Below are positions 1 to 9,758 of a stretch of DNA of 27,919 nucleotides, one piece after another. The notes beneath the pieces were generated by a model. The model was not told the DNA's origin. It did no database searches and saw only the letters and a program-made list of their open reading frames with translations. Source of the DNA: a virus (taxonomy: Duplodnaviria; Caudoviricetes); IMG/VR virus record IMGVR_UViG_3300027969_002758, positions 1 through 27,919 of that record; one strand, written 5' to 3'. The translations under genes and the position numbers were made by a program. Each line of letters starts with the position of its first letter. Positions within the stretch are counted from its first letter, which is position 1.

Positions 1-1259
1 CCGTTGTTGTTGGGAAAGTTTAGTACGCCATCTGCACCAAAGTTCCAAATTTTTGTGCCAATCTCAAGATCAATTCCATCGAACGCAATAGGAGTAATCT
101 TAACACCATTTGGCAATGTTAGTTTACCATCTGATCCTAAACTAACTGTGTTACCACCGTTAACCAGTTCGTTAGTTGAATTAAGACCGGCAATGCTAAC
201 AGCACTGACCCACTGACTATTATAGTACACATACAAGTTGCCGTCATTCATGTTCCACCAAACGTTACCTTCCGTAACTGGATTTGGTGCTGTTAGAGAA
301 AACTGTACCTGTGTTCCTGGATCGCCTTGTTCGCCCTGCGGCCCAGGCAGTCCGTTGCTGCCATTAGTACCGGCTGGCCCTGTAGGTCCTTGTGGTCCTT
401 GTGAGCCGGTATCTCCTTTTAATCCTGAAATTCCTTGTGGTCCCGTATTTCCTATAGGTCCTGTAACACCAGTATCTCCTTTAGCACCAGTGTCGCCTTT
501 GTCGCCTTTTAATCCACGTAGTCCTTGCGGTCCTTGCGGTCCTTCTGCGCCAGCGGCGCCGGTGTTGCCTTGTGGCCCTTGTGCTCCAACCTCGCCGGGA
601 ATTCCTCTAAGTCCACGCTGTCCCTGCGGTCCTTCAGCACCATCAGCACCAGCAGGTCCAGTTGCCCCCATCGCGCCAGTATCGCCCTTGTCGCCTTTTA
701 GGCCACGCGGCCCCTGTTGTCCTTGTATCCCTTGTATACCCTGTGCTCCATTTAAACCAGATTCGCCAGTATCTCCCTTGTCACCCTTAACTCCACGTGG
801 CCCTTGTTCTCCAACTTCGCCTTGGATGCCTTGTGCTCCGTTGATGCCATTGGCTCCTGTATCGCCTTTGTCACCCTTAACTCCACGTGGCCCAATATTG
901 CCTTGCGCACCAGTTTCTCCTGTATATCCGCGAAGCCCAATATCCCCAGTGTCGCCTTTAGCCCCACGTGGCCCAATGGCACCTTGCGGCCCAATGGCAC
1001 CTTGCGGTCCTTGCACTCCTGCATTTGCACTTGCCCAAAAATTTGAATAGTAAACATACAGATTACCATCATTTGTGTCCCACCATAGATCGCCAGCGTC
1101 TGGTGCATCGGGTGGGCTTGCTGATGTAATAACTACTTCAGTTGCAATTACACTACTGTACAGTTCAGTAAAGTTATCGTTTACTTTGTCGAATGCAATT
1201 CGCAAAGGATCGCCATTTCCTGTATCAGCCGTTCCTAAGTTTATTATCTTTTTTGTCAT
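1..1259 (-). CDS. Collagen triple-helix repeat fibre protein with T4 gp9/gp10-like N-terminal motif (3' end runs off the window)
   Basis: Not in the ORF track. ATG at 1259 reads MTKKIINLGTADTGNGDPLRIAFDKVNDNFTELY, then about 79 Gly-X-Y triplets, and the frame stays open to position 1. The Pro-periodic + strand ORF 238..1050 is its antisense shadow. Confidence 0.9.
   Translation of the reverse strand, partial: MTKKIINLGTADTGNGDPLRIAFDKVNDNFTELYSSVIATEVVITSASPPDAPDAGDLWWDTNDGNLYVYYSNFWASANAGVQGPQGAIGPQGAIGPRGAKGDTGDIGLRGYTGETGAQGNIGPRGVKGDKGDTGANGINGAQGIQGEVGEQGPRGVKGDKGDTGESGLNGAQGIQGIQGQQGPRGLKGDKGDTGAMGATGPAGADGAEGPQGQRGLRGIPGEVGAQGPQGNTGAAGAEGPQGPQGLRGLKGDKGDTGAKGDTGVTGPIGNTGPQGISGLKGDTGSQGPQGPTGPAGTNGSNGLPGPQGEQGDPGTQVQFSLTAPNPVTEGNVWWNMNDGNLYVYYNSQWVSAVSIAGLNSTNELVNGGNTVSLGSDGKLTLPNGVKITPIAFDGIDLEIGTKIWNFGADGVLNFPNNN
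309..1019 (-). repeat. Collagen-like (Gly-X-Y)n repeat, about 79 triplets
   Basis: GVQGPQGAIGPQGAIGPRGAKGDTG...GEQGDPGTQ, 711 nt with Gly every third codon. Internal DNA duplications include an 18-bp tandem near 970-1005 and the GPRGVKGDKGDTG unit twice. Confidence 0.95.
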
Positions 1260-1272
1260 TGCCGTTCCTTAA

Positions 1273-4200
1273 TTAAGCAAATGTAGCGTTGAGTGTATAC
1301 CAATTGGTACTGTCAGCTGTGAAGAATTGTAAAGCCGCTCCTGGCTCTAATATCACCGGGCTGTTTACAAGGTCGTCGTTGATTCGATCGCCACTTGCTG
1401 GATATACTGTTAAATTTAGCAACCCTGCATTTTTAACAATAAGTGTATAGCCTGCCGCAGCATTTGGGAAAACTACGCCGGTGCCAGCAGCCACAGTGCT
1501 TATTATGTTAATTTCTGCAACTAACGGAACAGCATCTCCTTGCGTTGTTCCTGCAGATGTTATTCCAGTATCTGCACTTTTTCTTATAAGTCCGCCAACT
1601 TGTAAATTGCCAGCAGCATACACTGCACCGCTGCCTCCATTAACTGTAAACTTATTAGAATTAACGGTAATATTACCAACACCAACATTCAGCGCAGTTA
1701 ATTCGCCCAGTGATGTTAAACTTGAATTAACCACTGTGGATGCCAAAGTAGTTCCTGTTAAATCTCCTGCCGCACCAGTTGGGATAGTAATAGCTTCCCA
1801 CTTTGGTGCTGCACCAGTTCCCTGTGTCATTAAGAATCTACCGGATGTACCAGGTACTAATTCAGTTGTAGTGTTTGTTCCACTTACATAAAATACACCA
1901 CCAATTGTAGTGCCTTTTAAGTTATCGGATACTCCGGCTGAGCCTGCTTTACCTGCAAACTCATTTGCCCAAACTTTATTAAACACATTGGTACTTTGAC
2001 CAATGTCGCCGACTTCGTTAGTACCTGTTTTTGTTATAGCCGGTGCAGAAGGTGTTCCTATAAATGATGTAGCATATACATTGTTAAATTTATTTGCAGG
2101 GTTACCAAGATTTCTGGCCGCATCAGTTTTAATAATACTATCAGCTTCTGCGCTCACTGATACTTTACTAAGTTCGTAATATACAACAGTATCAACATTT
2201 CCAGGAACATTGTCAACGGTAAATGATATATCGTGTATACCATCAGCACCTCCCAGTAATGATCCTTTAATTATTAACTGATCACCAAGAGTATATCCGT
2301 TGCCGCCAAACGTACAACTAACACCACTATAGCTTCCACTGCTGTAGCCAACAGTTACCAATGCACCGTTAGCAGTACTGCTACCAACTACATTCGATAC
2401 TGGTATATTTTCATATTGCCCCGAAGTACCATTGGCCGGTGTAGGAGTACCGTCAATGGTAAATGTTGTTCCGTCCGGGTCAGGTTTCAAACTACCCGAA
2501 CGTCTTACCATGACTCTACCGCCAGGTTGCAGTGTACCAAACAAACTGTTAATACCGTTTTGAACAATACCGCTGGTTGTAACTTCTTGTGGTGCAGCAG
2601 CGGCAGCGGTTAAGTTGCCTAAAATACTACCAACAGCAATATTTGCAATTTCGCTGAGTGCAACGCCACCTGCTTTGATTCCAACAAAGCCGTCTGTAAT
2701 TTCAAAATTGTCTTCGTCAAAACTGGCCAATCCGCTGGCTGCTTGTTTAGTTGCTGCGGTTCCAGTAGGCGCTGCTGCCCGTGTAGAAGCTAAGGTCATT
2801 GACAATTTACTTTGCTCAACTGCCGCGGCAGCATTTAAATGTCTGTTGTAAATTACATTATCATTTATTGTTAGCTCTATAGAACTGTTATCAAGGCTAA
2901 GAACATCAGCACCTGTTAAATGATCGGCTGCGGTAGTTAAAAACAATGCACGTACAACCCCATCAAACCTATTTGAAACTTCTGTTGTGCCAGTGTACGA
3001 AAATATTTCAGTACCAATTTTTAAATAACCGCTTTCTGGAAATCCTGTAATGTCATCCACAGTCAACGTTGACGCAGTGCTTGGTGATAGGTAGTCAGCT
3101 GTTAACTGTGCAATGCTTGAGCTGGTAAACTCGCTGGTTAGTTCGCCAGTAATTGATGTACTAACAACATGTTTGCCAGCGCCTGTAAATAATGCAATAT
3201 CTCCAGCAGCCGGAGTCATAACATTTACGTCACGTAGTTTATAAAAGCTATCTCGTAAATCTACTTGCTGATCAACGTAACCAATATTGGCAGCATCACT
3301 ATCACTGGTAACCAGTGGAACAAGATTTGTAATTCTGTGACCAACACCATTGCCTGCCATGTCGAGGTCTGCAGACAATGCTGGACTACCGGCTGTTGGC
3401 AGGAATCCTCCTGTGGTTGCAGGAATTCGCTCGCCTAACGGAACAAGTGCGCCAGTATGTGTATAGCCAAGTCTCTTATCAATGTATCCTCGAACTGCAC
3501 TTTCTACTGGTACTGAATCATCTGCATTATCAGTCATGGTGTTATCTGTGGAGAACTCTTTAACCACAGTACCGCGCTTAAATCCAATACCGTCAAGATT
3601 ACTTAGAGCAATACTTGCAGCAAATGTAACAGTACCAGTACCCTGATCAACAGTGAAGAATTTACCAACACGGAAGATACCATACTGATCAGTTGATACA
3701 TAGAACACTCGGCCAGACGTTTCTTCAACAACTTCTTTAACTCTGCTTGGCGCCTTTTCTGGAGCACCTAATAGATTATTTGGATAGTTAGTACTGTTGA
3801 ATCCTCCTGATCCGATGTCAAGGAAATCGTGTCCCGTTGCTCGGCAAGTACTAATATTAACAGTAATTTCTGCAGGCTCACCTGCTCTTAGGCCTGCTCG
3901 TAAGGTGTAACTTTGATATTGGTCAAACCCAATTCGTATACCTGTTGCTACAGGATCAGCCGCAGGATCAGCAATAGTTCCTGATCCATATGCTAATGGA
4001 GCCGATTGTATGGTAATGTGTGCAGGTACAGGACCTGCAGCCACAATATAACCAGTGATAATATGAATACGTCCTGCCCAAGATGTTGTCAACAATCCGG
4101 AGTTAAGTTTTGCAATTGTATTAGATGAGCTAACTGAAACAACTGCGATCTTAGTATCACCGGCAGCACTACCATAGCCGCCAGCTAAGTTAGCAGGTTC

Positions 4201-7200
4201 TGTCTGTACCAGTGTATAATCAAAACTGGTATCGAAACTTAGTACTGCTTGATTGCCATAACTAACTGTTCCAGTCCCAACTACAGCAGGATTAACAGTA
4301 GTTCCTGAATTACTGTAGGTAAAATTATACAAGTCTGGTGCTGTTAACACTGTGCCTGAAGTTACATTAAATGTGCTGTCCGAACTGCATACCACAGTAA
4401 CAACGTCACCAGCATTTAATCCATGAGGTGTTAGTCCTGTGGTAATTGTTGCAATTGATAACACACGTTTAACAGCACTGATAGATCGAGTTGTTAGTAA
4501 TGATGCACCTGAAGCATAGGACAAACTATAAGATAATGTTCTGTAAATATCACCTAATTCAGTTGGTGCAGTAAACTCAAGAGCCGTACTTGGTCTAACC
4601 GGTCTTACTCTTCCAACACCAGTAAATCTAAAATTTTGTAAGGGACGTATTGTAATTATTTGACCGTCTTCTAACGGTGCTCTTAAACCTGCACTGTTAG
4701 AGCCAGAATTTAAATTTAGCTTAATTACTGAACGTGTACCTAACGACCCGCCACTGTTAACTCCAGAACCAACAGTACTGGTTATTTCAAGATTACTTAA
4801 TTCGTATGACACTGTATCGCCGAGGTATGATCCAACAAATTCTGCCCCAACGCCAACTCCAGGTAATGCCACAGTTGTAGTAACTGAACCTCTTACTGTG
4901 GGATATCCCCCTACTGGATTAATAGAGTAGTTACCGCCTTCAATTACCTCGAACCCGGTAATTGCGCCTGGGCCAGCTGCGCCACCATCGACTTCGGTTA
5001 CTCTAAATCTTGTTTTCAATCCACCAGTATACAACGTGCCACCGTCTACATCTATAAGGTCACCAACGGCATAGCCAGTACCTGCAACATCAATAGTGAT
5101 GTTATTGGGCATTGACGGTGTGTTGTTAACAATACTCGAATTGGTATTGCTGTGATCAATTTCTATTTCACTAACATTGAATATCGAAGGTTGTGTAGTT
5201 CCGCTAACATACGAATAGAAGTCTATATAGATACTTTGATCTGCTGCAAGGTTTTTACTTGCAAATGTACTTCGTTTAAATACCTTGACAGTCTTAACCA
5301 TATCGTCACCGAGCACAACCGGATCAGCAACTTCATTAGGATCCGATCCCCTGGCTTTAAGACCGTACTCACCGTTACAACTTGAACCGTTTAATGAACG
5401 AATCTGACCACCGTTATTGGCAAAATATGAAACCCAGTTGTAGTAGGTAAACACAGATACCGCTTCTGAAATACCGTTATTGTTGGCCACTAATCCGTAG
5501 CCAAGGTCATTAACCTGGGTGAAGTCGTTTGACAACATACTTCTATTGCCCGGAGTTTCGATAATAATATCGGTACCGCCTAACGGTACAGTATCGGTAT
5601 AAGGTGTTGATGCATCAAGTGTAAGAGTTGCAGTTCCTGCAGAACGATCGTAATTTTCTACAGAATTAAGTTGATAACGTTCTCCAGCAATGTAGAAACT
5701 GTTTGGAACACCTGGTGCTCTAACAGTTAATCCGTTAACTAATATTTCTGTAGTTGAATTTTTGCTGGTAATTGTTGCCGGTAAGTTACCGGAAAAGCCG
5801 TCAATATACATGCCGCCGCGGAACGATTGCTTATTAACACTGCCACTTAAACTGGTACATGTTTGGAAATACGGACTCTTAGTTTGTATTTGACCTTCTG
5901 GATCAAGTACACACATAAAGCCTCCATGACCTTGTGCAGTGATGTTACGTAAAATTGTACCGTCATTTAACAAGAATACGTCCATGTCCTTGTTGGCCTT
6001 GGGTGGATTGCTTGTTCCGATAATTGTATTTTTAATACCAGTTATTAAATCTGCAACAAACACATCAGCACCCGCTTCAACTACTCCGGCTGATGACGGA
6101 CTTAATGATCCTCGCTTACCTACGGTAGCTCCGGAACCAGTGGATACCGCAGGAGCACCTATAGTAGTACCATCAAGTATTAATTGAGCCAGCTGATTAA
6201 CATAATCCATGCCGTCTAAGGTTTCTGTTAACTGTGTAGTAATAGCAACTAATGCACTGGCATTTCTTCTATATGCTTGTCCAGCTGCAATTGTTCTACT
6301 TGTGCCGCCGTTGGTAATATCATAAACAATGGCATCAACAATGTAACCTACATCTCGAGCACATAATATTTGATTGTAAACAAAAGACGGAACGTACTTA
6401 GCGTTAATATATCTAACAACTTCGTCCTTGATAAAGTCCTTGCTATTAGATAGTCTTGTGGCTGCACCAGTATTACCTGATGTTGGAGTACTTGGAAAAA
6501 TACCAGACACACCTGTAGGGTCTGTCAAATAATGATAACCAAAGTTATTACCTACAGGAGCCAAGCCACTGCCATTTAATGCTCGTACTGTTGCACCGCT
6601 CAATGGGGTTATAGGTACTTGACTAATTTCAAACGAAGTTGCACTAACAAGTCTTGTAACCTGTGTTGCAGGACTAAATGTACCAGTACCTGCTAATGCA
6701 TACAAATACATACCTACTTCTAATCCAGTTATACTACCAGTTGCCAGCGTGACCGTTGTTCCCGAACTTGATGCAGTTAACGAGTTCGTAGTGTAAGTTC
6801 GAGTTAACCCGTCAAATTCGCTGTCGCGATAGAAATATATACCTGCCCATGGACTTTGACTTACACCGGGTGCTGGTCTAATAATACTTCTACGAAATTC
6901 ATCTCCCTTAACAGAAACGTTAGTAGACACTCTAATAGGTAATTGTTCGTAATATATTCCACTCTCTACCCTAACAGTGATCTGCAATTCTGGAACTGGC
7001 TGGCCGAACTCCAGCTGCTCATCATCGATGAATTCTAATGCAATGTTACTGCCGTTTGTACCGTTGGCCACAATATCTTTGATAGAATTAACAAGTCGTG
7101 TGACCAAAGTTCCAGACCCAGCTTCAGCATCGCCGCCAGCAGTTTCTTGTATCTCAGTAGAACGCTTGCCCAAACTTATATCATCCGGCGGAACTCCTAT

Positions 7201-8988
7201 GGTGTTATTTTCAATAATCTGTTGTGCCAATAAATTAATATAATTAATTCCGTCTATGGTAGGAACAAGTTGTTCACTAACTTCAGACAATACAGAAATT
7301 GCACCGGTAAAGTATGCCCTGGCTGCTTTAATAGTTTTTGTATTACCACCATATCGTGTGTCGTGTACTAACGCATCAACAATCAATCCAGCATCTCTAC
7401 TGCACTTAGTTTCGTTGAATGTTAGCGATGGATATTTTGCTTTGATAAATTCTACAACTTCGGCAGCAATAAAATCTCGATTGTCTTCAAGATTCTGTGC
7501 CGTATATTTGTAATCAGATTGAAACTGTGTTATGTCACTTAGTGTGTGCAATAGCTCAATAACATAGACATCATCAGTACCTAACGTACCGTTGTAATTT
7601 ATAACTCTGCCTGTTGCACCACTTCGAATACCTTTGATAATACTACCTTCTCGCAAGTCTCTATTAAGAATATCCTTGCTTTGATCAACACCGCTACCGT
7701 TTGAAAATATATTCAATGTTCGACGTGCGCCTGTACCTATGGCTGCTGAATTAAGATAACAGAGATTATTATTGTTAGCATAAGTCAGTAATTGTCTGTA
7801 AGGACCGGGCTCAGTTAATGATGCATTTATTAATTCTTCAGCCTTAAAGCAAGCCGCACCGACTGTGGCGTATGCATATGCAAAGGCTCGTCCTTCCTTG
7901 CCAGGAGGAGTATCAGCTTGGGTATCATCACCGCTGGTGGCTACAAACAAGTTACTGTCTGATGCAAAACTTGAATTGTCTACATAAAATTTTGTTGCTG
8001 CAACTAATCCGCCATTGCTAATATCGTCTTGCGGAGTTGGATTTCTTGAAAGGATTAATGCTCCTTCCATAGTGTCGCCCTGGCGTCTAACTACACTCTT
8101 ACGAGGTAACGCTTCGTTACTAACCCAATTGCCCTCAAGATCAAGGTCAAGATTAGCATCGACAAATTGTTCAGCGCCTCGATTAATTGCAGATACAGTT
8201 GGACTTTCGTTAACAAGAATTCTTGATAGTCCGTCAGTAGCATCTTCTCTTGTTGCGTGTACGGACAGTCTATTCTTATCTACAAATCTTAGATAATAAG
8301 TACTGCCATTAGACAAGCCTGTTGCTGGAGTACTACCAGCATTTACATATCTAAACGCAATACCGTTAGAACCGCTATTGAAACCGTGTAGTGGAATTCT
8401 GGCGTAGCCGATATCTACCCAATCTGTAATACTAATATAATATTCGTCTTTAGAAGCAGGTTCGCTTCTTACACGAATTTGACTGCCTGCTCCTGGGCCG
8501 CCACTTGCCTGTAAATATCTTTGATCTGCAAAACCTTTTGTAATAACCAAATTGTCAGCAGTAATCGCTGTATCGTGTACTACGTTAAATGCTGCCGCAG
8601 TTTCGTCAGTGGGTTCTGCAAGATTACCAATGATAAATCGTTGTGCATCAAGGTGACCGCCAAGTGTTGGCTCTACGTCATTACCAACTTTGCCGCCTGT
8701 GCTAATAATACGAATTTCGTTTTCGTCACTGTGGTCAACACTGATTCCTTCACCGCCTACTAACGATTTAGCCAACAATGCATCGCCATCTGTGTTGGCC
8801 ACAATAACTTGATCGCCTGCATAGCTGTTAGGTGTATCATCTAAATCTGTAAATGCAATAGTGTCACCGGATCCAAAAATAGCAAAGAGTTGAATAAAGT
8901 TATCATTAACTTTACGGAACGATTCGCGAATACTGTCGCCTGTACCGTCGTTACCCTGTACGCCGATATCTACATTTTGTCTTGCCAT
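1273..8988 (-). CDS. Giant (2571 aa) virion structural/baseplate-fibre protein: gp9/gp10-like N-terminus, beta-helix-like segments, two helical C-x-R-D repeats
   Basis: N-terminus MARQNVDIGVQGNDGTGDSIRESFRKVNDNF resembles T4 gp10/gp9 starts. Gly/Thr/Ser/Ala-rich, AATKFYVD fibre motif, and pectin-lyase-like strands (GIYYEQLPIRV, RSMLSNDFTQVNDLGYG). Confidence 0.8.
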   Translation of the reverse strand: MARQNVDIGVQGNDGTGDSIRESFRKVNDNFIQLFAIFGSGDTIAFTDLDDTPNSYAGDQVIVANTDGDALLAKSLVGGEGISVDHSDENEIRIISTGGKVGNDVEPTLGGHLDAQRFIIGNLAEPTDETAAAFNVVHDTAITADNLVITKGFADQRYLQASGGPGAGSQIRVRSEPASKDEYYISITDWVDIGYARIPLHGFNSGSNGIAFRYVNAGSTPATGLSNGSTYYLRFVDKNRLSVHATREDATDGLSRILVNESPTVSAINRGAEQFVDANLDLDLEGNWVSNEALPRKSVVRRQGDTMEGALILSRNPTPQDDISNGGLVAATKFYVDNSSFASDSNLFVATSGDDTQADTPPGKEGRAFAYAYATVGAACFKAEELINASLTEPGPYRQLLTYANNNNLCYLNSAAIGTGARRTLNIFSNGSGVDQSKDILNRDLREGSIIKGIRSGATGRVINYNGTLGTDDVYVIELLHTLSDITQFQSDYKYTAQNLEDNRDFIAAEVVEFIKAKYPSLTFNETKCSRDAGLIVDALVHDTRYGGNTKTIKAARAYFTGAISVLSEVSEQLVPTIDGINYINLLAQQIIENNTIGVPPDDISLGKRSTEIQETAGGDAEAGSGTLVTRLVNSIKDIVANGTNGSNIALEFIDDEQLEFGQPVPELQITVRVESGIYYEQLPIRVSTNVSVKGDEFRRSIIRPAPGVSQSPWAGIYFYRDSEFDGLTRTYTTNSLTASSSGTTVTLATGSITGLEVGMYLYALAGTGTFSPATQVTRLVSATSFEISQVPITPLSGATVRALNGSGLAPVGNNFGYHYLTDPTGVSGIFPSTPTSGNTGAATRLSNSKDFIKDEVVRYINAKYVPSFVYNQILCARDVGYIVDAIVYDITNGGTSRTIAAGQAYRRNASALVAITTQLTETLDGMDYVNQLAQLILDGTTIGAPAVSTGSGATVGKRGSLSPSSAGVVEAGADVFVADLITGIKNTIIGTSNPPKANKDMDVFLLNDGTILRNITAQGHGGFMCVLDPEGQIQTKSPYFQTCTSLSGSVNKQSFRGGMYIDGFSGNLPATITSKNSTTEILVNGLTVRAPGVPNSFYIAGERYQLNSVENYDRSAGTATLTLDASTPYTDTVPLGGTDIIIETPGNRSMLSNDFTQVNDLGYGLVANNNGISEAVSVFTYYNWVSYFANNGGQIRSLNGSSCNGEYGLKARGSDPNEVADPVVLGDDMVKTVKVFKRSTFASKNLAADQSIYIDFYSYVSGTTQPSIFNVSEIEIDHSNTNSSIVNNTPSMPNNITIDVAGTGYAVGDLIDVDGGTLYTGGLKTRFRVTEVDGGAAGPGAITGFEVIEGGNYSINPVGGYPTVRGSVTTTVALPGVGVGAEFVGSYLGDTVSYELSNLEITSTVGSGVNSGGSLGTRSVIKLNLNSGSNSAGLRAPLEDGQIITIRPLQNFRFTGVGRVRPVRPSTALEFTAPTELGDIYRTLSYSLSYASGASLLTTRSISAVKRVLSIATITTGLTPHGLNAGDVVTVVCSSDSTFNVTSGTVLTAPDLYNFTYSNSGTTVNPAVVGTGTVSYGNQAVLSFDTSFDYTLVQTEPANLAGGYGSAAGDTKIAVVSVSSSNTIAKLNSGLLTTSWAGRIHIITGYIVAAGPVPAHITIQSAPLAYGSGTIADPAADPVATGIRIGFDQYQSYTLRAGLRAGEPAEITVNISTCRATGHDFLDIGSGGFNSTNYPNNLLGAPEKAPSRVKEVVEETSGRVFYVSTDQYGIFRVGKFFTVDQGTGTVTFAASIALSNLDGIGFKRGTVVKEFSTDNTMTDNADDSVPVESAVRGYIDKRLGYTHTGALVPLGERIPATTGGFLPTAGSPALSADLDMAGNGVGHRITNLVPLVTSDSDAANIGYVDQQVDLRDSFYKLRDVNVMTPAAGDIALFTGAGKHVVSTSITGELTSEFTSSSIAQLTADYLSPSTASTLTVDDITGFPESGYLKIGTEIFSYTGTTEVSNRFDGVVRALFLTTAADHLTGADVLSLDNSSIELTINDNVIYNRHLNAAAAVEQSKLSMTLASTRAAAPTGTAATKQAASGLASFDEDNFEITDGFVGIKAGGVALSEIANIAVGSILGNLTAAAAAPQEVTTSGIVQNGINSLFGTLQPGGRVMVRRSGSLKPDPDGTTFTIDGTPTPANGTSGQYENIPVSNVVGSSTANGALVTVGYSSGSYSGVSCTFGGNGYTLGDQLIIKGSLLGGADGIHDISFTVDNVPGNVDTVVYYELSKVSVSAEADSIIKTDAARNLGNPANKFNNVYATSFIGTPSAPAITKTGTNEVGDIGQSTNVFNKVWANEFAGKAGSAGVSDNLKGTTIGGVFYVSGTNTTTELVPGTSGRFLMTQGTGAAPKWEAITIPTGAAGDLTGTTLASTVVNSSLTSLGELTALNVGVGNITVNSNKFTVNGGSGAVYAAGNLQVGGLIRKSADTGITSAGTTQGDAVPLVAEINIISTVAAGTGVVFPNAAAGYTLIVKNAGLLNLTVYPASGDRINDDLVNSPVILEPGAALQFFTADSTNWYTLNATFA

Positions 8989-8989
8989 A

Positions 8990-9346
8990 TTATTCCCCTA
9001 CGTGATCGTCTTGATAGTTGTCTGCTACAGAAAAACTACTGCCGCAACCGCATGAAGTTTCTGCATTTGGATTTGCAATTGAAAAATTCGACCCCATCAA
9101 TTCGTCTTTATAATCTATTGTTGCGCCCGTCAAATACTGCATACTCATTGCATCAACTAACAATTGCATGCCATCTTTGTCTATAATATGGTCGTCTTCG
9201 TTAGCAGTTTCGTCGAATGTGAACCCGTAACTCATTCCAGAACACCCGCCACCTTGTACAAAAACACGTAATTTTAAATTAGGGTTGTTTTCTTCGGCTA
9301 ATAGATCTTGTATCTTGGATACAGATGCGTCGGTAATAGTAATCAT
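8990..9346 (-). CDS. erpA: Fe-S cluster insertion protein, ErpA/IscA (HesB) family
   Basis: [21 protein letters not shown] and [16 protein letters not shown] signatures. ATG at 9346 follows an AAGGA RBS (the track starts at TTG 9349). Confidence 0.93.
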   Translation of the reverse strand: MITITDASVSKIQDLLAEENNPNLKLRVFVQGGGCSGMSYGFTFDETANEDDHIIDKDGMQLLVDAMSMQYLTGATIDYKDELMGSNFSIANPNAETSCGCGSSFSVADNYQDDHVGE

Positions 9347-9363
9347 CAATGGTCCTTTTTGAA

Positions 9364-9371
9364 TATTTATC
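9364..9371 (-). promoter_or_regulatory. T4-late-like promoter box (GATAAATA) upstream of erpA and the fibre genes
   Basis: One mismatch to TATAAATA, 17 nt before the erpA ATG. The same box type recurs before many genes here. Confidence 0.6.
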
Positions 9372-9403
9372 TTAATTTTTTGTAACCTTAATGTAAATAA
9401 GAG

Positions 9404-9691
9404 ATGTACTTATATGAAGAAACTATTACTGAGCAGCACACACGAGTCAGCAAGTTAGGCAACGAACATGTCTATAACCGCACTCGACGTGTAATTGTAT
9501 TTAGGTGTGATAATTGCAGAGAGCTATTTCGTAGAAACAGAGATGCAATGAGTCCTAAACGATTAAGTAATAATTATTTCCACTGCTGTGAAAACTGTGA
9601 TTCAAAAAGATTCGCCCAAAAAAAAGGTGCCGAAAGACGCACCATCTGGGACAAGCCGGCCAGCAGCCTTGACGATATTAGTAGGCTATGA
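9404..9691 (+). CDS. Small hypothetical protein with two CxxC motifs (putative Zn ribbon)
   Basis: FRCDNC...HCCENC. TAAATA lies 4 nt before the ATG. Confidence 0.75.
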   Translation: MYLYEETITEQHTRVSKLGNEHVYNRTRRVIVFRCDNCRELFRRNRDAMSPKRLSNNYFHCCENCDSKRFAQKKGAERRTIWDKPASSLDDISRL

Positions 9692-9729
9692 TTTGATATC
9701 TTTTTAGTACGCACATAATGATAGATATC

Positions 9730-9737
9730 TATAAATA
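9730..9737 (+). promoter_or_regulatory. T4-type late promoter TATAAATA
   Basis: Exact TATAAATA followed by a TAAGGAGG RBS and ATG 9759. Confidence 0.75.
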
Positions 9738-9758
9738 ATACATTAAGGAGGAACGTAA

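Noticed and set aside
775-1005. Short direct repeats that might suggest a CRISPR array or a DGR template/variable repeat
   Set aside because: They are in-frame collagen duplications with no regular spacers, and no cas or reverse transcriptase gene is in the window.
238-1050. 270-aa Pro/Cys-rich + strand ORF
   Set aside because: Antisense shadow of the Gly-X-Y collagen gene (Pro every third residue mirrors GGN codons). ORFs 4..216, 752..1108, 804..1046 and 1075..1272 are likewise alternative frames.
1481-9186. Many short + strand ORFs opposite the 2571-aa gene and erpA
   Set aside because: Fully antisense to well-supported genes, with no recognisable motifs.
9381-9399. TGTAAC-N5-TGTAAA as a third Pho-box-like repeat
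   Set aside because: Degenerate, overlaps the TAAATA box rather than lying 11 nt upstream, and sits in AT-rich sequence where chance matches are likely.
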